From assembly GCA_943704425.1 (NCBI GenBank), contig CALSCP010001613.1:64957-128956 (forward strand): a stretch of DNA of 64,000 nt, given 5' to 3'. The notes under the pieces were generated by a model that saw only the letters and a program-made list of their open reading frames with translations, had not been told where the DNA came from and did no database searches. This document shows, piece after piece, positions 26,967 to 39,294 of the stretch. Every line of letters begins with the position of its first letter. The stretch's first letter is position 1. The stretch is from Ministeria vibrans ATCC 50519 (Eukaryota > Protista > Filasterea). The position numbers were made by a program, and so were the translations under genes.

Positions 26967-27336
26967 CACATGAAATGGAATGTGTGAATGATTAATGAAT
27001 GAATCAGAAATTCTCAGAGGACAGTCTTCATTTTTATTTACTGTAAGTGTCCATTCTTGTTTCTTGATCCCTCTCTAGCGCCCTCAACTTTTATTCATTG
27101 TCGCAGGCATGGCGAACGGTAAGTCACTGTGTGTGGGGGTGTATTGAAGTTGTCCTGTTGCAATGGCTGCAGTCGCGATTTAAAACAGAAGAGGCCCGAC
27201 CCGAAGAATCAGCTTTGCTTGCAAATTACGGTCTGCCGTCTGGGGGCAGGGGTGGGCTGTGGGGTATCGTGTGTGGTGATGGTGCTTGCGTCGTGTTTGA
27301 GGGTGGCTGTTGCGTGCGAGAGGGGAGGGGTTTCGT

Positions 27337-27706
27337 CCGAAGCAGAACTCTGCGTCTCCAAATCAGGGTGTGCGTTGTCTGCTTGGGGATGTTTCTACCT
27401 GCCGGCTGTGGTGGCGGTGGTGGTGGGGGTGGTGGCGCGATGGTGCAGTGGTGTCGTCTGTCGTTTTCGTTTTTTTTTTGTTCTGTTTTGTTCCCATTCT
27501 CTGTGTTTTCCCTATCCGCCGAAGCAGAACTCTGCGCCTTCAAATCAGGGTGTGCGTTGTCTGCTTGGGGATGTTTGTACCTGCCGGCTGTAGTGGTGGG
27601 GGTGGTGGTTGGTGTGGTGGCGCGATGGTGCAGTTTGTCTGTCGTTTTCGCTCTTTATTTCTGTTTTGTTCCCATTGCGCCTCTGTTCCCTGTGTTTTCC
27701 CTATCG
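27337..27706. repeat. Tandem duplication, about 182-bp unit x2, between the ankyrin and Roco genes
   Basis: CCGAAGCAGAACTCTGCG...AAATCAGGGTGTGCGTTGTCTGCTTGGGGATGTTT...GTGTTTTCCCTATC starts at 27337 and again at 27519. Confidence 0.85.
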
Positions 27707-28083
27707 GGTGGGGCGCCTTAGCCCTTTTTTCTCCTTGGCAACTTGCGAAAATCGGCTGCGAATGACCAATGGGATAATCCGAAGCGGTCAATATGTTGTT
27801 CGCGCGTCTGAACTCTGCTCTCGTTGGGCTGGAAAGGCTCACCGAGCAACGAAGGCGCTGTCCCTGATGCGTGCCTCATGCTGGGGATGGCTGAAGGGTG
27901 GTTTTTCCTGCTGTTTTATATTTCTCGTTTTTTGCGTTTGTCTGTTTCACGCAACCAGTGTGTCATGGGCGCGACAAAGTGTGGCTTGAATTTATGTGTC
28001 AGGGGGGGTTGAGGTCGGTGTGTTTATGAAAAGCGGGTATATATAGCACTTTTAAGAAATTCTTAGAGCGAGACTCGGAAAGG

Positions 28084-30962
28084 ATGGAGCGAGTGCGAGA
28101 AGAAATAAGGAAATGTCGGGAAAGTGGAGCTGTGAGGCTCAACCTCTCCTCCAACCAACTGACCGCGGTGCCCCCGGAGCTCGGCCAGCTCACGGCGCTC
28201 CGTACCCTCACCCTCCACTCCAACCAACTGACCGCGGTGCCCCCGGAGCTCGGCCAGCTCACGGCGCTCCAGGACCTCAACCTCAACTCCAACCCCCTCC
28301 TTTTGCACCCGCCACCGGAAATCATTCGTCGCGGCCTCAAAGCCATACAAACCTACCTCTGTGAAGCACCAGCGCTTATCTCCTCCCACCGTGCTAAGCT
28401 ACTCGTCATGGGCGAAGGCAACATTGGCAAGACTTGCCTCCTCCGTCGTTTGGTTTCCGACGAGTACGTCGAGCAGACAATGACCGACGGTATTCAAGTC
28501 CAGGAGTGGCAGCTTGATGAGGATCTCTTTACCGGAACCGTGAGGTATTTTCTTGTCTCCACCATGTATTTTAATATATTAACGCGATACACACTTCCCT
28601 CCAGCACCTGGGACTTTGGTGGTCAGGAGATCTACCTCAACTCGCACCAATTCTTCCTCACAGACCGCTGCGTCTATCTGCTGGTGCGGAACGGCCGCGA
28701 CGACGTGCACGAAAAGGCAGTGAAATGGCTTCATCAGCTTGCTGCGCGCGTTCCCAACGCCATGGTGGTTGTAGTGGCGACGCGTCAGGATGAAGTAGCC
28801 GGTGCCACACACCGTCCGGTCCCGCGCGATGCACTGCGCGAGCGAGGTCTCGAGAAACTCATCGTGCATGAGACAGAACTGTGGGTCAGCTCGCTCACGG
28901 GCCACAACATCCCCGATCTCAAGAACTTGCTACTCAAGCAGCTACTCAAACAGCCCATGACCTGCGCACAATACCCACGCGACTGGGTCGAATTCGCCAG
29001 TCATCTGGGGGGTGTGCGCGAGAAGTTTGTCGGTCCCGTTGCGCTCGAGGAGCTTATCGACTACGCCGTCAAGCACTGCTCGGTGAGCAGAGGTCTTGCT
29101 TCCCTGATGGTGGAAACGATGCACGACTGGGGCGTGTTCGTGCGGTATACTCGTGGCGACCACGTCTTTGTCATTGTGGAACCACAGTGGCTGCACGACC
29201 GGTTTGCCGAGGTTGTCACTGCGACGGCCGCTGGAGTAGCTGCGCTCGACATCCAGCATGGCATCGTGCGCGATGAACAACTCCGTGCACTTCCCAAGTG
29301 GGAGATTATGACGCGTAGTGCGCGGGATGACGTGATCTCTCTTCTCCAAGAGTTTGAAATCATGCTGCCTGCCTTCACTGAACACCTCGATGGTGTCGAG
29401 CAGCAGCGATGGCTCGTTCCAGCTCACCTCCCAGACGATCGACCTGAAGGGTTCCATGCGGAGATGAATGAGCTCAGTGGTACGCTCGTCGTCTACCGCG
29501 TGCAGCTGTCGTTCTTTCCTACCGGATTGTTCGCATGGCTTGTTGTGCGTCTCCGCGCCACGCTCGCCCTCGCAGGTCGCGATTGTGTGCGTGCGCTGTA
29601 CAAGACTGGCGTAGCGCTGTACGATGCTCGCACTGGCACACGTGGCGTCGTCTACGCTGACCGCGACTATGTGTATGTCCGTGTGCGAGGTCGTGAGCCG
29701 TGGGATCTGGGCCGTAACGTGGTGGACGTGCTCCTCAACTTGGCGGCCGCGCGCTTCAAGGGCCTTGACACAAACAGCTTTGTGCGATGCCCGAGCGAAA
29801 AATGTGCGAGTGTGGAGTCGTCGGTCACTGCACAAGTGTTCTTCTCCCTCGAAGTATTGAGGGAGTGTTTGGAGGAAGGTCTTCAAGCGTTGATGTGCCA
29901 CAGTTGCAAAAAGCTTATTAACGTCGCCTTGTTGCTCACGGGCGAGTACAGCCCCCCACAGATGACTCACGCCAACAGCAAGACAGAGCAGGATCTTTTG
30001 TTGACACAGGGTGTCGATCGTATGTGTCGGATTGAAGACTATGTGCGTGACCTTCACCATGAGCTCACTGGCGGGCCTGTCTCTACTGACGCTGCGCTCA
30101 CCCCGGATCTCTACGCGGCCATTGATGTTCTCAACACCGTGTCGGCGCCACCAGAACAGACCTTGCGCCAACGCATCCTCGGGATGCTAGAACAACTGCA
30201 GCAGGGGCAGACGGACATCTTTGCAGTCGCTTCTGCCAGCGAGCAATACCTGGTTCGCGTCATGCAGGAGATGAAGCGCCTCCACGACAAGGCCGACCGC
30301 ACATTCCGCTCGCTGCTCGATCGTGACGCAAACACCCCACGCGTCTTCTTCATCACACAGCGCTGCTGTCCAGACAAAGCCAAAGAGACCAAGCGCCTAC
30401 ACCTCCCCACGTTGAAGAAGACGTTCAAGCTGCACTTGTGCTGTGAATACAGCGACCACGTTCATTGTACGCGCGAGTACTCGATCCGTCTGACCAAGAA
30501 AGCGTTGCGAAAGTTTGCTGGGCCTCTTCGCACCGTCCTTAAATTCGCCGCACCTCTGCTCAAGTTTGCTGTGGGTACCAGTGTCACAGCCGCCGGCTTT
30601 CCCGAGTTCAAAACACTCGCAGCGAACCTTGCGAGCATGCTCAGCAGCGACCTTCGCGCTGCTCTCCAAGATGACTCGAGCTTCGAACGTACAAACCAAT
30701 ATGCAGCTATTTTCTCTAACCGAACATTATTTCTCCAGGTCTGACACAGCTCGCGGACGGTAATGACGAGTCTGACCACGATCTACGCGACACCGGCAAC
30801 AACGATATGTATCGTGAACTCGAGGCATTTATTTTGCAGCAGGACCCACAGAGGCAATGGGGCCTCGAGAAGGTCACACTCACGGACGGCAAGACTGCAT
30901 TCCTGTGTCCAGAGCATGCGAAGGCGCTCAAGGCGTTTACAATTTCCAACCTGACTATGTAG
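28084..30962 (+). CDS. Roco protein: LRR-Roc GTPase-COR plus C-terminal domain
   Basis: LRRs LSSNQLTAVPPELGQLTAL; Roc KLLVMGEGNIGKT and WDFGGQEIYLNSHQFFLT; COR IVEPQWL and FFPTGLFAWLVVR. After an intron at about 30689-30738, the last exon encodes QWGLEKVTLTDGKTAFLCPEH. Stop TAG at 30960-30962. Confidence 0.9.
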
Positions 30963-31403
30963 ATTGTAAACCTTGGTAGTTAGGGATACATGAGAGAACG
31001 GAACAAAAATGATTATTTTTTTTTATCACTCGCCCGGTTACGATCCAACCTCTATTCGTGACCGACACCATTAATGTGCTCTTTGAAGTCGAACACAACG
31101 TCATCCGACCATTCAACCAATTCATTTTTTTTTTTTTTTTTTGGAAATCCTAGCTAGGGCAGAAACTTCATTGTACAAGACAATCTAGCCATCCGAAGCG
31201 ACTGCTCCACTCCCGCATGGACCGAAACGGATACTCCATGAGACTTGCATGTAGACTTAGTCACCCAAGCAAGTGACTATCCCCACCGCTGAAACGCCTC
31301 CCGATTTTAACTAAAAATTAACGCACGCAAAAAGGAAAACAGAAAGGGGGCAAGGGAAAAATACAAGGCGGGAATCTCTGTTCGACAGTGTTCCGTCACT
31401 CAG

Positions 31404-31540
31404 CCCTATCTCGCCACCCGAGCTCCAGCAAGGACCTGATCTGACACTCTCTGCTAGAAGCCTGGCCCTATCCCTATCTCGCCACCCGAGCTCCAGCAAG
31501 GACCTGATCTGACATTCTCTGCTAGAAGCCTGGCCCTATC
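31404..31540. repeat. 68-bp tandem repeat x2, with an inverted partial copy at about 31665-31680
   Basis: CCCTATCTCGCCACCCGAGCTCCAGCAAGGACCTGATCTGACA.TCTCTGCTAGAAGCCTGGCCCTAT at 31404 and 31472. CGGGTGGCGAGATAG at 31666-31680 is the reverse complement of the unit start. Confidence 0.8.
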
Positions 31541-32036
31541 AGGTTCCAGGACAGCCCAAGATAATCTCTGTTGACAGCCGGCCCTCCCAGCCCTACCCTA
31601 CATAGACTTCAACAGAGAAGAACTGAGTCGATATTCTCTGATAACCGTGTGGGTTGTTCGAGGGCCGGGTGGCGAGATAGACGACAGTGTCAGCAGAGAA
31701 ACTCGCAGCCAGACTATCCTCTGTTTTCCCAGCCCTTACCCCAATTCGCTCGGAATAGATCCTAAGAAAAGAAGAACACATTTCCAATTTATTAGAAGAA
31801 GAAGAATACAACCCATTTATTAATGATCCAATTTTATTTATGGTATTCCAATTTTTATTAGAAGAAGAAGAAGAATACAACCCATTTATTTATGATTTTC
31901 CTAACTTTAACAACTCACGGTCAACGCCTCTACCGTCAAATTCGTGAACCCCTTGTTAACGTTGGCAGGGTTGATGACAAGCGCCCCTGAACCCACGCAG
32001 GCATCTACCTTTAATAGTACAATAGTCACCTCGCCC

Positions 32037-33609
32037 CTACAACGTGAAGCAGGGCAGCAATGGCATTCGCTCGTGAAGTACACGGGCAAACTCGGGGTCG
32101 CCACACGACTCGATTGTGTCCACGAGCAGCCGACGTTGCCAGCGAGCGACTCGGGCCGCGCGCACATCCTCTGCCGCCTCCATCACATCCTCGAGCCGGG
32201 CAATATCATCCTCGTCACCCTGCTCCTCGTCCTCGTCGTTCACAGCCTCCTCGCCACGACCACTACCCTGCTGCTGCCTCCGCTTCCTCCCCTCTCCACC
32301 GCCACCAGCACCCCCACCGCCGCCATCCTCGACCTCCAAAATGGTCCCAAGTGGACCCCGCAGCAGTGACGGCCGCGACGGTGCCGCCAGCCAGTCGTGG
32401 AGGGCTCTCTGGAGCTGGTCAGCCCGCTCAAACTGGACCGTTCGCAGCGCAAAACGCCTGCCTCCATCCCTTGCCACCAGCGTCACTTGAAAGAATAGCC
32501 GGGGCGTGTACAGAAAGGCGGCGCAGTCGTAGTCGGAGGCAAAGTTGGCGCAGACACACTCGCCCTGCACCTGGGGCAAGAATTCGCTGGGATTGTGCGA
32601 GTCGACCGCCTTGAGCTCGACGACGGCAACAAGGTCGGGCCGCGACGCCTCTTTGAACCGTTCGCCGTGGAGTGTCCGGTTGAAGGCGACGTCGGTGGTG
32701 CCGGCCAGATGGAGCTGGGGCGCCGAAAGCAGCGTGTGATTGCGGGTGACACCAAAGGGGCCGTTCCACGAGGGGTCGCGCGGGATGATCTAGGGAAGGT
32801 GAGACAGGGCAAGGAAGCAAAAAAAAAAAAGCTCACCTGTGCCTGCAAATGCTCGACAAAGAGAGGCTGCTCGTGCTTCTCGACGGCACTGGTGAAACGA
32901 TGGGGCATGCCGAGACCGTCCATAGTCGAATCGGCGTCCTCAATGCCCGACCGCTGAATGCCGGCAGTGCGTAGGCGTGAGTCGAGCTTTTCCTGCGACA
33001 GTCCCGACAGAGCGACTGTCTCGGCTGCGAGAACAGGGGGTAGTTGAGAGGATTGCATTTTAGGCTGGGTCGTACTTTTCTCTTGCAGAAGGGTTTTCAT
33101 GCCTGTCCGAAGTTCGTTCAGGGCTTCTCTGTCTGTTGTGACAATGGGGAGGAGGTGAGAAAGAGTGAGGTTGGGCAATTTAAAGAATGATCACCTTCAG
33201 TTGAGAGCGTCGAAGCAGTCGTCGAGCCTACACAGAAAGCACAAGGTGAGTTCAGACTCAAAGACAAAGAAGCTTCTCACTTTTCGTCGAGTTCTCCTGA
33301 TCAAATGCCACCTCTACAAAGTTCAAAGACAGGGTGAGCAGTGGACAAACGTGTGAATCGAGATGACGTACGAATTCCAATGTACAAAAGGCGAATGTCA
33401 AACTGAGAGGGGTCGGCTTCCGTTTCGAGGTCTTCGGTGATTCTCACAATGAATGTGTTCCGTCGATTACCGCCTGTCTCACTTTGAGAGTCGACAAAGG
33501 CCGACCAAATCTGCTCACCGCTCAAGTGATGACCAATGTTTGCTGCTCTTTCATCCCGATTGAATGGCGCCGCAGTGAGGCATGCAACAAGAGTTTCACC
33601 AGACGCCAT
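32037..33609 (-). CDS. Protein with a PD-(D/E)xK restriction-endonuclease-like domain (Crinkler-effector-like), multi-exon
   Basis: Start MASGETLVACL at 33609. After the intron at about 32791-32836 the spliced frame reads LHLAGTTDVAF...LVAVVELKAVD...FLPQVQGECVCAN, a D...ExK...Q-x3-E pattern. The 3' end may extend to 31907. Confidence 0.55.
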
Positions 33610-34748
33610 CGTTTGAACTGTCAAAGGTTGTGTCAGTTGGAATGAACCGACGTTCTTACTTACGGTCACTGAAGGGCGCGCTACTAGCTGCCATGGTCGT
33701 TTATTGCTACACAAAGGAAGGTGAAAATCAGTGCGGCCGATAAGCTTTTGGCGTGAACTGTTGAGTTCGCAACTTCTTTCAAGAAAAAGCAACGAATTCC
33801 AATTGAAAAGGCACAAAAAGCCGTGAGTAACAGACACATCAACGTCCACAGCACATAGATGAGAAACACTGAAACGAGACGAGTTTGGTAATGCAGTAGG
33901 AGAGGCGTTTCAGGTTTTTTTTTTCTTTATTTTGAAAGAGCGAGAGAGAGCGCAACGTTGCTTTGAGCGACTCCCGAGCGCAGATACGTGACAAATACAC
34001 ACAAGATAGTCGCAGACACAAGATAAAGGGAGGGCAAGAGAGAAGAGAGGAGAGCAACGCAAAATCTCCCACAAAGCTAAGGGCAAATAGTAAGAGAGCG
34101 CAATAGCGTGCTAGTGTTGCATCGGTGCCTTACGTATGGACGGTGGCAGCTGAAGTAGAGAAAACCACAAAGAGAAGCTCAGAAGGTGGAAAAAAGTTGA
34201 GTGACTTAAGTCAGTTAAATTCAGTTCATCAATCGCCCATTACAAAGTCCACACTCTGCGCCCTGCAAGTTGAAGAATTTGCTCATGGCTTATACCACTC
34301 AGTCTCTTCCTTTTCCTAGCTTAGTAAGCTTACTCAAACAGGCAGAGACACACAACGCACATTCATTCTTTGTCACACACACACACACATGGACCCAGCC
34401 AGGGCGCGACCACTGCAACGCGCCGCTTCTTGGGCTGTACGCAAAGTTTTTAACAGGCACGCCTCGGTGGCGAGATTCTCTGTTGAAACTGGGGTGGCGA
34501 GAGAAATCCCGCTGCTCCGCCACCCTCACTCCCTGACAGCAGAGAAATCTCAGGCACCAGCCTATCGCACCACCTGACCCCGTCTCGCCACTGAAAAGGA
34601 ACACAAGCCTCCTGTACTTGAATAGATGCATCATTCGAGAGGGAAGGACGTGACTCGGGGACAAGGGAGAGAGTGATGGGCACAGGGCCGAGTCGTGAGA
34701 AAAAAAGAATAAACAAGGGACACTTGATTTCCGATCGCTCTCAAAATA

Positions 34749-36234
34749 CTACTCCTCTGCATTCAAACCAACCTCTGTCACAGCATGAGTGTTGGAAAGC
34801 ACGGGGATGTCAGTGGTTAAGTGAAAGCTCGAGCCTCGACCATGCACCTCTAGCCTAAAGTCTGCGTCATAGCCGAACTCATCCCGTGGCGTCTCCGTCA
34901 TGTGCGCAGTCCAGCATCGCCCTGTCCGCAGTACAGCCACTGCAGCGCCGAAGAGATGGTTGTCCGTCTCCTCAACGTACCTCTCTTCCACGTACCACGC
35001 AAGGTAGTTGATGATCCCCGTGAGAAGCGACGCCACACTCGCATGCTCCGTGACGTGCCACTGCGGCGCGGCCACAAACGCTTCTGTTTCAATGTACCGC
35101 CGGGCGAACAGTATTAACTTGCCGTCCTGAAACACAAGGCGAAGCTCGTCTCCGGCGATGTCCATGCGAGAGACGCGCACGCCGGTCATGGAGGGGTAGT
35201 GCTGGCGGTTGTAGGGCAGAAACCCAGGCGTCGAGGTCAGAGATGCGGGACAGACGTCCGAAAAGGTCTCACAGATGCGTCGGGTGACGTTCTTAGGGCT
35301 TTGCGGCAGGGTCTGTGTGCGGTGTGTGGGTTCAGTCGCACTGCGCGCTCAAAATGACGCAGTGCCTCTTTGTCCGGTGGAGCGCCACCAATGCTTCGCC
35401 TCGCCGTACGTACCCGCGCCACCACCCGGGCCGCACCCGACACGCCCGTTCGCCGTCGCTCAATGCTGCCTCCCACTCCTCCCGGCGAAAATGCGCGGCC
35501 GACCGATTGCTGTACAGCGTGCCGAGCAGCTCGGCGTCGTCACTGCCCACCTGCAGCGCCTCCGTCCACTCCTCAATGGCGTCGTCGTACTCGCCCCGTT
35601 TGAACAGATCATTGCCGGCCGTCTTCTTCTCGCTGCAGTACACCCGCTTCTCCTCTGCGGCCGCTGCAGCCTCCTCCGCTGTCTCCGTGGCGGCAGCACT
35701 GCCGTTCTTCAGCACCTCTGCGATCGTCGGACGCGACTTGTCCGCCAGCTCGGCGTCAAACACAGCCTCCACTCGCGCACAGCACGCGCCAAACTTGTCG
35801 TCAGGCATGTGGTCGACGTGCGAGACTTCGTTGCGCACATCAACCACGTCTTTGAGCCACTTGGTCTTCTTCAGCTTGCGGTCGACGCCCCGCAGCGCAC
35901 TCGCCAGTAGCGAAATGTCCCATCGCCGGAAGCTGCCCTCGTCCACCTTGGCGCGATACGCGTCAAAGGGGAAGCTGTCATAGCATCGTCGGTAGGTGTG
36001 CTTGAACGCCGCACACAGCTGCGCGTCGTCCGCATTCGTGTTGTTGGCGATTGTGTTCGTGCGGAGCATCTGTCGAAACAGTCGACGCAGACGCTCCGTG
36101 ACCTCCTGCAGAAGACGGTGCATGCGGATGCTGTTCTCCTTCTCGTCGCAAGACGGCTCGCATGCGGGAGAAGCCGGCGTGCCGCCAGCGATGGCCAACG
36201 ACGATTGTGGAGTTGATTGTGGAGTTGATTCCAA
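34749..36234 (-). pseudogene. HEPN-TPR protein, apparently interrupted by two frameshifts
   Basis: WDISLLASAL...VDVRNEVSH (R-x4-H HEPN motif), then TPRs KTAGNDLFKRGEYDDAIEEWTEAL, LYSNRSAAHF and GYVRRGEAL. The TPR continues in another frame (DKEALRHFERAVRLNP, about 35375), and a third frame leads into ORF 34749-35189. Confidence 0.6.
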
Positions 36235-36978
36235 CGACGATGGAGTTGCCTAAAATACAATGACATCAACACGCATCCCTGGTCGCCATGTCGCCTTACA
36301 CGTGAGAAAGATGCGGATGGGGGAGTGACCGACGCCGATGGGTTCTTCTCTTTCAGCAACATGACGAAAAGTAAAATTATATCTACTGTAAAGTAGTGTA
36401 AGCAAATGATTATCGCAAGACGTATCCCATAATTATATTGATGGTACAGACACCGCGCGAAGAGACTGCCAGACCGCCTTGCATTTAGCTTGCAAACTTG
36501 ACCAAGGCTCTTGGGGGAAGATGGGAGAGCAATGGTAAGTCAGTGGTGCTTGTGTCCAGTGAGACCATTGCAATGGTACGCCGTATTCATCCCCCAGACT
36601 CCAGAGGGGGCTTGGGGCACTCCGGTAGGGAGTGTGGAGTCAAGGTGGTCTTGAAGCAATCGGGTCGGTGGATGGTGGTCGGTGGGCCCTGCCTGGTGGC
36701 TGCTGTGTGCTTCTGTGGTGCACGAGACGCACAGGGACAGAGGAGGGACTGGTCGGCTGCGACTGGTGCGCTCCTTGTCGAAGATTATAATTTATAAGGA
36801 AATGTGATGTGAATGGGTTTGGGGGGAAAAGCGTTCAGGTTCGGAATTAATTGCATAATAATAATATCAACAACAGCTTTCTTTACTATTACGGAAATTT
36901 TACGCTTGACATAAAAGCCCTAACCCTAAACACAAACTGCCCTTCACACAAACCGCGCTTCCCTCGCCGTCGTGTGGC

Positions 36979-39192
36979 TTATGGGCATGATCCCCACACG
37001 GGTCGAGGCAACGTCCAAGCGGGAGTGCCGTCATCAAACAAGGTCGGTTGCGTTGGAATAAGCGAGACGCACCATTCGCTCAGACTGTGATCAAAAAATG
37101 GTGAAAATAATGAGAATGGATAAATCTTCTTCTCATCGAAGCAAATCATAATACCAATAATACATCAATGGCTTCCCAGTGAATACATTGAGTGCTCGTA
37201 CACATTGCAAATTGAATAGAAGTGGGTGTGTTTTGCTTACTCTTGATTGAACGACTTCGCCCCATCAAACATTAACAACATCTGAGACACTCTCTACAAA
37301 ATCAAGTTAAAATCCTTTTCTGTTTTTACTTGAGGTTTTTCTTACCGACGTGTCAAACGGAAGAGGTTGGTTGAACGCGGTTGCAGCGTGAAACATTTCA
37401 TTCATAACGATGACGTTCTGCACACACACACAGAGATGAAACAAACCAAATCAGTTTTTTGTGAGGGGGTAGAATGAAATGACGCACAGAAGTGTTCAGA
37501 GAGAGGGGTTGATTGAAAGACGAGGCACCACTGAATAAGAATCGCATATCCGAGACCAGCTAAGCGAGTAATAAAATCATAATATTAAATCATTATTGAG
37601 TATTGCGCTGATCAACAAACGTACTGAAGTATCAAATGAGGACAAGCTCTGATTGAACGCAAGAGCTCCCGAGAAGATTGCATACATCTCAGACACACTC
37701 TAACATCAATAATAATAAAAATTAATAATAATTATAATAATTATATTATAATAATAATAAATTTATTATTATTTAATTTCGTTACGGAAGTGTCAAAGGA
37801 AACTTGCTGATTGAACGTTTCCGCGTTGTAGAACATAAACCGCATGTCAGTGACACTCTGCAAACATAATAATGTGTCAGAATATTTTGTAAGAATAAAG
37901 AAGACATTCTTCTGAGTCGTACTGAAGTGTCGAACTCAATAGGCGAATTGAAGCTGTGCGCCGTATGAAACATTGCGTACATGTTTTGGACATTCTATGA
38001 CAACACAGCAAAAGATCAGTCTAGATTTTGAGTTGTTGTTGTTGTTTTAGGGTGCAACTGACTGAAGTATTGAAGGAAAGTGGCTGGTCAAAGGAGAGGG
38101 CGCCCCAGAACATGTATGACATGTCCGTTATATTCTAAAAAGGAAAAAAAAGAAAATAATAATTAAATTAACAACAAACACAACTCAACAACAGCTAATT
38201 TATAATCACCTTCGTGTCCCACTGAGTCAAACCCCCTCGATAATCAATGCCACTGTCGCGAAACATGTGCGCAAGAGTGGTCGTCCCCGTCAGATCAAGC
38301 GGGTCAGTGGCAGTGATCACAAGATTCGAACACCCGTAGAAGTACCCCCCGCTCGCATGGTCGCCCACTCGCATCCTGCCCCACTGTTGAATCTCACGGA
38401 GACGCTCTTTGTCGCCAGCATCGCCAAAACGAAAGCCGACAAAATCGCCTCGTATCGTGACTGTGTGGTTCCCTTTCAAAGCATACTGGTGAGTGCGCAG
38501 CGACGTAGCGTAACCCGTAATGGACTCCTCGATGCCCTCATCGCCCCACGTCACAGTGAAGTTGTACACACCGCTCGCCATCATCGGAAGGCTGACGGAC
38601 GCTCCGTCACTTGTTGTCTCCCACACCGATATGAAGGCAGCCTCTCGTTGGCAGTCCACGCCATCAAACTCGCTTGTGCACTCACAATGATACATTCCCA
38701 CTACAACAACAGGAAGTGAGATATGACATGAAAGAGGTGTCATTATTATTGATGAAATTTGGAACCCAACGCCTTACCGGCCGACTCGGAACAGCTGCCG
38801 CCGTTGAGACAGGGCGATGAGGCACAGCGATCAAGGTGGAGGTCGCAGTGCGTGCCGGTGAAGCCTGCAGTGCACGAACAGAGCGCCATGTCGTTGGAAA
38901 CCGAGCACGTCGCACCATTCGCACACGGTTGCGACACACAGGGCGCCGCCACGCGCGTCTCCAAGGCAGAGATGCGTGCCATAATGGGTGCAATGGCCGT
39001 GAGCACGTCGGCTTCCGTCAGAACACGGTCGTTGCGCACGTACAGCGGTGCAGTCGTCTGCACACTCTTGTTCACTGCGGGTGACAGCACAAGATCCCCA
39101 TCGCTGTTCCACACAGACGACTCGCTGGAGGCCGCCGCCGCATACGTTGCCACGGTCACCATTGCTATGACCTGCAGCAGAAGGGAGAACAT
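36979..39192 (-). CDS. Secreted or surface protein: signal peptide, EGF repeats, PKD-like domain, BspA/DUF285 repeats
   Basis: Signal [21 protein letters not shown]; EGFs [12 protein letters not shown] and [12 protein letters not shown]; FISVWET...YNFTVTWGD...IQQWG...YFYGCSNL. Repeats such as [24 protein letters not shown]. Terminal [15 protein letters not shown]...PRPVWGSCP; stop at 36979-36981. Confidence 0.85.
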
Positions 39193-39294
39193 GTTGCAAA
39201 AAAAAAATAATAAGTCAGTTATCTGTCGGTAAAGTTCCACAACTCACGTCACACAAATGAATAATGATTGAAACTCATAAATATTCATTCATTC

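Noticed and set aside
27098-27989. Overlapping ORFs of 100-200 aa upstream of the Roco gene
   Set aside because: They arise from a low-complexity 182-bp tandem duplication and have no coding-like features.
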